A DNA stretch of 32,542 bases, taken from the NCBI GenBank assembly GCA_049999805.1, contig JBNGIO010003805.1:1-32542 (forward strand), read 5' to 3'. The stretch is from Folioceros fuciformis (lineage: Eukaryota). Both the position numbers and the translations under genes were made by a program. A model generated the notes under the pieces. That model saw only the letters and a list, made by a program, of their open reading frames with translations, did not search any database and had not been told where the DNA came from. This document shows positions 8,808 to 19,075 of this stretch, one piece after another. How positions within the stretch are numbered: the stretch's first letter is position 1; every line of letters starts with the position of its first letter.

Positions 8808-10442
8808 CGGCCATTTGAAAATGTGAATGTCGTCTTTTTGAGGAACCAAGCATCTGGCTTTTGTTGCAAAACTAGCAACAGAAACAACCTGCTTTAAGTG
8901 CTTCGCAAAATCCATTGGATGCTTATGCATAGTGCTTGGTGTGGTTACACCCTGCCTATGCAGTGTGTGCTTGCACTTTGTGGCTCCATTGTGAGTTTTA
9001 GGTTGTTGCTGTGGAAGGCCACGTAGGAAAGTGCTTTTACGTTCTGGAATGCAGCTTGCAGTTGCCTGCACATTGTACTTCTACGAGTATATGTTGTGCT
9101 GATTGTAGATGGTGATGATGATAACACATAGTGCTTGTGGTCTTGTTTGTGCACTTGCGACAATGAGTATGTCAAAGGTTTGGAGGGTATGGATTACCTC
9201 CCTAATATGTATTGTTTGCACCAACCTTTGACAATGTTGTATAGGGAGTGCAAGAGTAGATTGGAGCCTTTGAGGCCTACCTAAAGTCTAGAGGAGGCCA
9301 CTCCATTGGCATGGAGGGGCATGGATGGCTTTGGGTGAGATGCTTTGTACATTTGGCTTGCCCTCATGGGCTCTTGAATAAAGACGGAGATTTCATTGGC
9401 TATGGAATAAAGATGTGGATTTCATTCCCCCTTAGAATATGGCTTTGCCTTTTATGTTTATGTGTGAATGCTGGTGGTTGTATGGAGGGAACATTGACGG
9501 TGTGGACATGTGAGGAGAACGTGATGTAAGAGGGATCCACTTGCAATCATTTGTGTGGCGATACACGGGAATGCATGAAGGGGCATCCCCTTGAGCTCCA
9601 ACCCTCAAACCCTCAGTACGGTTTGTTGTGGAGATGAACAAAATAGCTGCAACGGACATCCCCTTCAGCTGTGCACAGCATCGTAAAGGGCGGGGGGTGT
9701 GGAGATACAGGAAATTGAGTGGTGAGGGAAATCTCCGTGTGCTCTTTCTCAAGTACTGAACGCAGCCAGGGGTTTGTTGGGAATATTAAACCCTAAAACA
9801 ACATTGTACGTGAGAGAGGGACAAAAACATATCACTAATAAAAACATGTGATATCTCCAAAAAACTTATGAAAATGCTAAGTACACGTTGGGTTGTCTCT
9901 ATTGGGACGTCCAAATGGCCGCCCACTGCTCATGTGGGCAAGTTTGTGACGTCCACATTTAGACTGTATGCGGAGCGGCAAAACATTCTATGAAAGACCC
10001 CTTGATCGCATCCGTATTCCATACCTTAGCCCAAGGCTAGGTCCTTTTTTTATTAAATTCTAGTTGTTCTCTTAATCACTATTTAACTTAAACTCCAAGC
10101 TAAGTCCTACTACTACCACGACCACTTATTCTAGGGTTGTATGTTTCTTCCGTGCTCGTATACCCAAGCTCTCACTCTGGCTTGCCTCTTAAGGAGGCTT
10201 TGTTGTTATCGCGCTCTCTTACGTCATCCTTACGCAAGCTTTGTTACTTTTAACATTCGAATCCTTGCGAGTGGTGAGACGACGAAGAAAATCTGCCTAA
10301 GTGGCAGCGGGTTTTTAAGTGCTGCTAAAAGCCATCCCGAAGAGGGCTTAATGAGAAGTCGCCTGGGGTGGGCTCTGATGCTGGGTACAGTCGGAAGAGC
10401 AGCGCCGAAAGGACCGATACCAAGACTGGAAGGGACAGGACT

Positions 10443-12298
10443 ATGACGACTGCAGAGCAGCTCGTGTTAGACCTCATCATTCCCACCCAACGGGAGAACG
10501 CACTACTGGACCTTTCCAAGGTACGTGCAATTTTGGTTCAGCCCATTTGGTGGTGCTCTGGCTGTGGCGCTGCTGATATCAGTTCCTTTGTGCAGAAACG
10601 GGAGGCGTTCCCCGACTTAGCTCCCATGCTCTGGTACTCTTGCGGAACCATTGCGGCTTTACTCCAGGTTGGGTTTGCTCGCCAAACCACTCCTCCAAGC
10701 CCTTCCTTGTCGGGTGGTGCGGTGCACCGTCTGTGTAGACTGACGATGTTGTTTTCAACCGGCAGGAAATTGTGTCCATCTACCCTATGCTGTCTCCACC
10801 AACCCTAACTGCTGGGGCTTCAAATCGCGTCTGCAACGCACTCGCCTTGCTTCAGGTCAGAAGGATTGCGAACAGTGGTTGCTGGGGGATGTGTATCGCT
10901 GTGATCCCGTTATTTTCAGCTCTTATTGTGAACCCTGTTGGTTGCAGTGTGTTGCTTCACATCCTGAGACAAGGCAACTTTTCCTCCAAGGTATGGTCTA
11001 ATTGGTAACGTGGGTAGTTTTGACTTCCTGCCAGCCTTTTCACAGATGCTTGATATCGGTCGTGGTTGTATGGCAGCTCATATTCCTCTGTACCTGTATC
11101 CGTTCCTCAACACCATGAGCAAGACTCGACCGTTTGAGTATTTACGTCTCACTAGTCTTGGCGTGATTGGTGCCCTAGTAAAAGTATGTAGGTTACTCTG
11201 GAGAATGGTTGTCCCTAATTTCCCGATTTCCGGTTTTGAGTCAGTGAACTGCTGCATTTGTTGATTCAACCGAGCTCTGTTTTTGTGCAGGTGGATGACA
11301 CCGAAGTAATTAACTTCCTTCTGACAACGGAAATTATTCCGTTGTGCCTAAGAACGATGGAGATGGGCAGTGAGCTATCGAAGACTGTAAGTCTGCTTGC
11401 TATGCTGTGGGTTGCAGTCTGTTATGGACGTGAGTGTTCCTCGTGTGACAGAAGGTTCGTTTGTCTACATGGAAGCTACGCAATATTGTAGTTCCCCTGG
11501 TGGTGTCATGTTTCATGTCAGAGGTCCTTGTATCATACATAGAAATGTGTGATTCAAGGCTCTTTCTCCTGGGTGAATGCGTTTCTGTTGCTAAACTCCT
11601 CTAGCGTCTATAAGTTTCCATCCTCCATCTTTGGTAATGAGAAGTTGTGGATGATTCCGTGCAGGTTGCCACCTTCATAGTCCAAAAGATACTGTTAGAT
11701 GATGTTGGTTTGGCATATATCTGTGCAACTGCCGAGCGGTTTTTCGCAGTAGGGGCTGTATTAGGAAGTATGGTTCAAATGTTAGCCGAACAGCCGTCTG
11801 TGCGCCTTCTCAAGCACATCATTCGGTGTTATCTGCGATTGACGGACAACCCAAGGCAGATCTCCTTTGCCCTACAGTCCTTTGTCCTGCCTTCGTTGAG
11901 CTTTTGTTGGGTGTGGAGCTTGGTGCTGGTCTATGCTGAGCCGTTTTATTGCTCTGGTCAGGGCTTGTGAAGCGTTACAGAAATGTTTACCAGAGATGCT
12001 TCGAGATAACACATTCAACAATAGCCTTCGAGTAAGGAAACGATCTCAGAGTACTGTGTGCCTTAGCATCTGATGTCCAGGCGTTCCGCGCCACTACTTT
12101 CCGTCAAGGCACTGCGTCTAATCTCTTCCCGTGTTCCGTGATCAGGAGGACCTGGCCACAAGAAGGTGGCTCAGCCAGCTGCTCCAGAATATTGGACAAC
12201 AACCGCAGGCTGTACCACATCCTTCTGCACACTTACAGCGGCTGGCGACTGGTATGCCAGGGGCTCCCATGGACCAGATTCTTGGAGGGCAGCAATGA
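10443..12298 (+). CDS. CNOT9: CCR4-NOT complex subunit 9 / cell differentiation protein Rcd1 (CAF40)
   Basis: Exons 10443-10520, 10596-10667, 10766-10855, 10948-10990, 11077-11183, 11291-11386, 11665-11855, 11962-12031 and 12146-12298 splice in frame. They give [71 protein letters not shown] and [20 protein letters not shown]. The true start may lie further upstream. Confidence 0.96.
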
Positions 12299-14111
12299 GC
12301 AGAGGTGACGTAACTCATGCGTTCTTGTATCACTGGTTGCTGTCATTTATAGGCACTGGTCCTCCATTACTCTTCCAAAGGTCGAGCGTGGAAACACATT
12401 TTTTAGCTGAAAGGTCACATAGCTTCAGAAGCAGCTCGGGACAAAGTGTAAGTTTTCAAGGAATTGGAGTCTTGCTGGGCAAAGGAATTGCTGTGTGTGA
12501 ACTATTCGAGTGTGTGATAGTCCAAGGCAGAGGGGACCCGGATGCTTCTGTCGGTTTCTCTTGTCCGCCGATATAATCTGTCTAGGGTGTGGTGTCGGCA
12601 AGGATGGTGCGGGTGAACTATCTGGCAGGGTAGTGTATACAATTCAATGGCGTGAGCCCCGAGGACTCTCTTGCACCTACACGCGCCTTGGACGGTAGCC
12701 GTCGATGCATTCTTTTGTAAAATGAAGCTTTTTATCAAATTGTACCATACTGAAAAGTTTCCGTCTAGCAGCTGTATGCCGTGCTGCTCTTTCCCTGGAT
12801 GCCGTGTGGTGACGGAGATCTTCCCACGCGGTAACGATGCTGTGATCATCACTGGGCTAGCCTGTGATAATCAACAGAAAGCTTCGCACACAAGGTCCTT
12901 GAAGCCTGGGTATCCGCCGTGCATTCTGGGAACGGGTGCGGTTGGGCCGAGCAACGGACTGCAACTGTCCTCAATGCCCTGGACATAGTCCCTCTTGTCT
13001 CACCCGGGCCTGCTGCCACTTGTCAGAGCGCCGGTGAGAAGCGGAAAGGCGGAGCTGGAGGCTTGCGCTGATGTCATAGACAATCAATGAGCCCATCTTG
13101 CGGTGTAAATATATTTGATGTGCAGTCTGTCTGGCACATATCGAGTATGATCGGATTCCTGAGGCGCATGTCGGATCGGGCCGGGTCATCAGTCCGTCGC
13201 TCTCATCAGTTGCAGTTTGTCACTCTCTGCAGCGGGCACTTGCATCTGCTCACTGTTGGCGGCCTCACCTCTGGTTCTCGGGCAAATCTCTACCGCTTTG
13301 CCCCTGTTGCCGTGATCGTGAAGCGAGTTTCAGTGATGTGAAGATGCGGGAACGATGCTTGAACGATGCTGCCGCTCGCGCACAACTCCGGCAGCCGAGC
13401 TCCAGGCCGGCGGCCAGTCAAGAAGCGCCCGCTCCCAAATGTTACCTCCTTCCCCTCCACCGGCATCACGTTGGGCCCACTGCCGGTTCGAACCGGCGCC
13501 GGTGACCAACCAACCTACAGACGCTACCACATGCTTCGGCTGAAGGCGCATCTCGCGACGCAAGTGGCCGTTAACAGGTTCTACAGCGTTGGACGGGGGG
13601 AAGGCGGTGAGCGGGGGCTGGGAAGGAAGCCCGGTCCCGGTCGGTAATGCGCCAGGGCTAACGCATCCCCGTTGCCTGGGTGCACACGGCGCGTCCTCCG
13701 GACCTGCTAGGATTGGCAGCTTCCCCAGCGCTGCAGGACGGTGATTGACTGACGCGCGCGCCACTTGCGTTGTAATAGCGCGGCTGGGAAACAGCACGAC
13801 TACGCGTCGGACGCTTGCTCTGCGGACGGGACCCAGAAGAGGACGCAGCGCCGGCGCGCACTCGTCTCGAACGCGCCCTCGCTGGAGCGAAGGGAAGACG
13901 CTGGGCCTGACTTCAACGGTTGTTCATGCGGGTGTCCGCGCCCGCAGTTTCCTGCTGCTGTCTGGTTACAATGATCGTTCGGGACTTGCGCGGCATGCGG
14001 TTGACAGGAGGAGCTAGAGGAGGTGACGGAGCCAGAGCCGAAGCCGGATCTTTGGTGTAGAAGAACCTCGATTGGGAGGAGGCGCAGGCAGCGCTGTTGA
14101 TCTTTCGAGGC

Positions 14112-14666
14112 ATGGGGAACCATCTGGCGCACTGCATCACAGGCGGCGGAGTAGGAGGAGATGAGTCGAAAGGCAACGTTGTCATCCTCCAGGCCAACGG
14201 GCAGGTGACGGAGGTTGCGCACAGCGTGCGATGTCAGGAGCTGCTGCAGGCGCATCCTTACCATTTCGTGTGCCACTCCAGTTCCGTGCTACTCAAGCAG
14301 CAGGGATCCTTTCTGCCGGCGGAGGCCAAGTTGAAGCGCGGGGAGATCTACTTTCTGCTCCCGCTGCCAGGGGATCTCAATGGCTCCAGCACCAAGACCG
14401 GGAGCACGGATACGGAGGCCCTGCTAGGGAAGGGGACATTTCACCGTCCGCAGGTGCATGGCACCATCAAGTTTGTCATTCCCAAGCAGTACCTTAACAG
14501 AATCATGGCGGAACAAGCGGCCAAGGGATCTCGGGCTAAGCCCGGGAAGAGCGGCCACGGCAAGTATACCAAGAGGCGGAAAAGTGCGTTAAGCTTTGGT
14601 GGAGGATCTAAGAAATCTAGCACCATGTGGACACCAGGGCTGGAGAGCATCGTCGAGAGGGATTGA
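14112..14666 (+). CDS. PADRE / DUF4228 family protein, single exon, 184 aa
   Basis: N-terminal MGN..C (putative myristoylation/palmitoylation), NGQV..., LPAEAKLKRGEIYFLLP and C-terminal WTPGLESIVE are the family hallmarks. Confidence 0.9.
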   Translation: MGNHLAHCITGGGVGGDESKGNVVILQANGQVTEVAHSVRCQELLQAHPYHFVCHSSSVLLKQQGSFLPAEAKLKRGEIYFLLPLPGDLNGSSTKTGSTDTEALLGKGTFHRPQVHGTIKFVIPKQYLNRIMAEQAAKGSRAKPGKSGHGKYTKRRKSALSFGGGSKKSSTMWTPGLESIVERD

Positions 14667-15539
14667 GGTCGGACAACATGCAGCGCTGGTGCAAAGCTCT
14701 GCGGAGGGAGGAAGTAGTGATCTAGCTCTCCGCTCATCTCGCTTCCCAGATGCTGATAACCTGGAGGCGATCATCATTTTCGACAGCTGCCTTTCACAGC
14801 GAGGAGGTCTGCTGTATGGCATGTCAGGTGCATGCCCTCTGCATCTCACGCGCAAGCTAGCCCCTTGCTGGCACGGGGAAGTGGGGCAAGATATTGTACA
14901 TAACTCTGCTCAAGGGGCTGCTAGTCGCAAGCCGTTGATCCAGCTGTATTGTCCTTGTGCAATTTTCTCCCTGTTCCTCGACTCCCTTACTTGCTCTGCC
15001 TGTTCAAGCAAGCAAGCAGTGAATTAGCAAGACGGTTGGTACTGTCTTGCACGCTAGGTGCTCATGTTGGAGGTTCGAGGGTATGGTGCACCGACACCTA
15101 CCACGGGTGTAACTGTCCCGACATCCCTATTATGAGCTTCAGCCTGCTTGGCGTCTTCCGGGTGTAGTTTGCCAGCCCTGCGTCGTCTTCTTTGTTGGCT
15201 GGCACCAGAGGGATAAAACTGTGGAACGCTTTGTCATCAGGCTTCTGTCACGAGGACTTGTGGGGGTATCTAGTCAAGGGACGCTCACAGTTTCCTACTT
15301 CGGCTGCTCTTGTCATTTGTCTGAGAATCAATCAAGTCATCCCTTTCGTCTTGTGATGAGGTCTTCGGGATCAGCGCTGCCTCCGCAGTTTCATGTTGAC
15401 TCCCAATACAGTTTGGAGTTCCCTTTTGCCCACCCAACTCGCCAGGCAAGCGTGAGCACTATGTCACGTACACCCGGTCGTGCAGTTGTCGTTTTTGTAC
15501 ACACATCCATACATACGCTGCTAGGTACAGTGTACTTAG

Positions 15540-15785
15540 TTAGGGTTCGATCGGATGACTCTCCGCAGGCCCCACGAACGATTGTAACACTTGCGACCCG
15601 GGAGTAAACTTCTATGTTTGTGATTTACTTTACACAAACGCAGTTACCTGCTAGGGACAGGTTAGGGCAAACCTTGTTACGATGTACGTACTCGTGCCCT
15701 AACGGAAAGAGAGAAAACCCGCAGAAGGCGAACCGTGCTTATTTGGTCTCCCGTCTCTCCCGCTCAGCTTCTTTTTGCCCTAGTT
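15540..15785 (+). promoter_or_regulatory. Putative RPL28 promoter with telo-box-like TAGGG/CCCTA motifs and a pyrimidine-rich start region
   Basis: TAGGGTT at 15541, TAGGGAC at 15652, TAGGGCA at 15663, GCCCTA at ~15696 and ~15777, and a CT-rich tract at ~15748-15780 upstream of the ATG. Confidence 0.35.
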
Positions 15786-15876
15786 TGGTGTAGGCTCGGG
15801 TGATTTCGGCGAAGGCGTTGTTGGCGCTGCGTATTCATCGGTCAGCTACTGCAGGTGGTTGGTCCCAATTCCACAC

Positions 15877-16619
15877 ATGGCGTCAGCGGATTTGATCTGG
15901 CAGCTGGTGAAGAACAACAACAGGTATCTTGTCAGGAGGAACGGCAACAGCAATGCCTCTATCACGTTCAGCGCTGAGCCGAACAATCTGTACAACTTGA
16001 ATACGTTCAAGTACTCAGGTAGGTGGCTGCCCGCCTCTCAGTCTGTAGCTCTCGTTGTGCCGGCTCAAGGGGGTGGAGGAGGGGGGCCTGGCTTCGTGGA
16101 GGTCCTGTTTGCTTGCCTTTTGTGAGCACCGTGGGACGGGTTATGACGTCATCGTCCAGGGTGAAGGTTTTGTCTGATGGTTTCTCAAATTTCAGGTTTG
16201 GCAAACAAGAAGACCGTTATATTGGCACCTGGAGGAGAGGGGCTGAATGTGGTCTTGGGTACAACGAAGGCGAAGAGGTCGGCAAAGGTTGCGAGCTCTG
16301 TTAACAAGTCTCTCATGAAGAGGAATTTTAGGAAGATGGCGAAGGCTGTCGTGAACCAGGTGTGGATAAGTTTTTGCCTTGCAAGCAGTTTTAGGGTATG
16401 GTGGTCTGTCTTGAACGTCGTGGTTTCTACTGACTTTGGATGTTGATGCTTTCGTACGTTGTTGGCCCCCGCCATGATTAGGTGGCAGTCAACGGATATC
16501 GCCCAGATTTGAAGAAAGCGGCGCTTGCTAGGCTCAGTTCGGTGCACAAGAGCTTGCGTGTTATCAAAGCTGGTGGGTCTAAGAAGTCATCGAAAGTGCG
16601 CAAGCCTGCCCGGAAGTAG
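15877..16619 (+). CDS. RPL28: 60S ribosomal protein L28 (eL28), 147 aa
   Basis: Exons 15877-16018, 16196-16359 and 16482-16619 (GT-AG) give [35 protein letters not shown] and [23 protein letters not shown]. Confidence 0.96.
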
Positions 16620-16945
16620 AATTTAGGGAGCCTTTCCTGTGATGGCCAATTTTTGCCTGCGGACGCGTACTTGTCTTTTGTTGGCATACGGCTTGTGCTA
16701 GCACTTCTGTGTGGCACTTCGGTTCTCTTTTCCCCTGGCGTATGTATTTGAGTGACACGAACTTGGCGATTGTTTCCGTGGATCAATTGATCTCAAGTTG
16801 AAATGGTCCTGAAATATGCTAATTCGTTCTCTACTGTAGCCGAAAGAATGAGGAGTCCTCTCATCCGAATATCAAAATTGTGTTCCGGCCACAAGTCCTG
16901 GTCGTTGCGCTCGCAAACCCATGTCGCTAGTGTGAAATCGTGGCG

Positions 16946-18622
16946 TTAGTCTTCAGTTTGAGTATTGTCGTCCGTCTTGTCTACTCCCAATGTTGTTGGC
17001 TGCTTCATTGGCTTGACAGGCTTTTTACCTTTTGCTTTGTCTTCCGTCTCCCTTTCGTTGCGCTCTTTCAATTTACGAGACTCAGTTTTGGCTTGCAACA
17101 TGAGTTCGTCCAGATAACCCCTGTTAGGGAAATCTTTCGGGCAAAGTTTGCGATAGTGCCTGAAGAATTGCTCAGCTTCTTTGGACATACCAAGAATACT
17201 GTAGATCAGACCCTGCGCAACCAAGTACCAGCGATTCTCAGGTATTTAGGTGCCAGGCCCGCCCATTGTACATAAATCTCTCCCAGTATTGCAAAATGCA
17301 GGCCAAGGGATATATAACGAACCTTGCAAAGATAAGGTCGAAAATCATTAGGGTCATCCTTGAGGATAACGTTATATTGTTGCAAAGCCTCTTTCAAGTT
17401 TCCCTGCAGGAACAGCCTCTGACTATTAGCCGAACAACACCGCGAGCGTTCTACACCAATCCTTATACATAATCATATATCCGAAACAACGGTACCTGGA
17501 GAGTATGCATTTGGCCAAGCAGCATTCTCAAATTTCGAGACTCTTCATGCTTTTTGGACTGGGTTGCCTGTTTTATGGCACCTTCCAGCATTTCAAGCAC
17601 AAGACTATATTGGCCATTCTTCTGCATCACCACTGCCAGTCCCTGCAAAGGATACACGAACCACATAAAACCAAACGTACAACTTGGACAGACTGCTGCA
17701 CCATATCGTGTGGCTCTAGGCCAGCAACACAACAGAGCTACCAACTCACCTGATAGGCACGAGCAGAAAATGGCTCAGTCTCCAAAATTTCCTTGAAGCC
17801 CTTCTCTGAGAGGTCGAGGTCTCCAGCGAAATCTAAAGTCTGGGCTCTCATGTACTTCCATTCGAGATTTTTTGGCTCAAGCTCTACAAGCCTGTCAAGT
17901 AAACTGATGGCAGCACTCACCTCTCCTTTCTTCATCCTAAAAAACAGCAGTGCTTGAAGTGCTTTGACATCATTTGGGTGGCGTTCCAGATAGCTTCTGA
18001 ACATGATCTCCGCTGCGTCGGTGGTGAGGTCGGAGCCCTCCCCAAAGGGCGGTTCAAAATCGGTACCCGTATCATCTGTTTTATCTGCTAACGCAGTCCC
18101 AAGGTGTTCTGTGGCATCCGCTTCGTCTTCTCCTACGTCCTTTGCCTCTGAATGCTTGTCCTTGTCTGCTGGTGTTTCGCCCTTCTTCGTGACAGTCTGC
18201 ATAGGTGCGTTCAGAGTTGTCTGAGAAGATACGACGGAACCAGCCAAGACTGGCCTGCAGATACTGAACGCCAGGCCTACAGCTAACCCCGACCAGGCCA
18301 GCAGCTGAACCTGCTCAGAATGCCGGCCGAGGCATGGCTTCTTGTACCTGGATTTCTCCTCGTCCATGCAAGTTGTTCTACATTTCAGATGGCCAGGCAA
18401 AGAGCGTGTTTCTTTGGCCCTTTCCTTGCCCTCCCAGCCTGATGAACTTCGCAGGTGCAGGTCAGGCCTTCTCAAGGAGTTCGCATTCCTCACTGCAATT
18501 CCTCGCGGCAACCCTACGACGATCGGGCAACGTTGTGACAAATTTGCCAGCCGCCTGCTCCCATTTACAGTTAGAACCTCAGCTGGAAGCTGTCTGTGCG
18601 TGCGTGCTGGAAAAGCTTCCAT
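16946..18622 (-). CDS. Plastid-targeted TPR protein (SLOW GREEN 1 / chloroplast lumen common family-like), ~455 aa
   Basis: Exons 18622-17750, 17642-17496, 17403-17323 and 17212-16946 splice in frame. Features are a transit-peptide-like N-terminus, TPR helices (LERHPNDVKAL, LVELEPKNLEW, ILETEPFSARAYQGL) and the family motif DPNDFRPYLCKGLIYSIL...AEQFF. Confidence 0.85.
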
Positions 18623-19075
18623 CCTTTCTACCTCGAGACTGGGGAATTTCCACGCTTATCGCGTAAACGCCAACACTCAATAGGTTGGCATCGCGTTCGA
18701 TCCTCTCACACCCACTCCCTTGATTTGCAAATGGTGCACAGGATAACCTGGGCTCTTTTCCTGTGGACGCGCTTGAAGAAAGCAATGGTCGCTCTGTTGG
18801 TATGCACCCGGAAGCTGCAGGAAGTGAGAAGTGCCCTTGTGACGGGGTTGATCTTGCTGCGTCGTCCACCACAGTGTAATCCTTTGCACAAAAGCAACAA
18901 AGCAGTGACTCGTTCATAAAACAAGTCCACCTCCGAGGCTTTGTCTGAGCCGTGCGTTCGAACCTCTCAACTTTGTTCGTCAAGGAAACAAGCTTAAACC
19001 CTAAACCCCTAGGTGACAGGAATCTGCCAAGACATCAACCCTGATGGAACACCCATTACAATTCCGCGGACACGA

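Larger units (their letters stand above)
6864..10031. mobile_element. Probable non-autonomous long-TIR DNA transposon (Mutator-like), degraded
   Basis: 7079-7218 aligns by eye with the reverse complement of 9885-10031 (GGYTAAG(G)TATGGAATA ... TTGCCC ... GCCAT ... GACAA..CC..CAACGT). The interior is AT-richer, repeat-rich and lacks a recognisable gene. No TSD was found. Confidence 0.6.

Noticed and set aside
9060-9530. Possible transposase or captured gene remnant inside the TIR element
   Set aside because: Broken frames with no motif I can recognise; a BLASTX or HMM search would be needed.
10032-10040. Target-site duplication for the TIR element
   Set aside because: The right flank CAAGGCTAG does not match the left flank (GGAATACAC).
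11387-11664. snoRNA in the longest CNOT9 intron (RPL28 introns also checked)
   Set aside because: No convincing C/D box pair or H/ACA structure is visible by eye.
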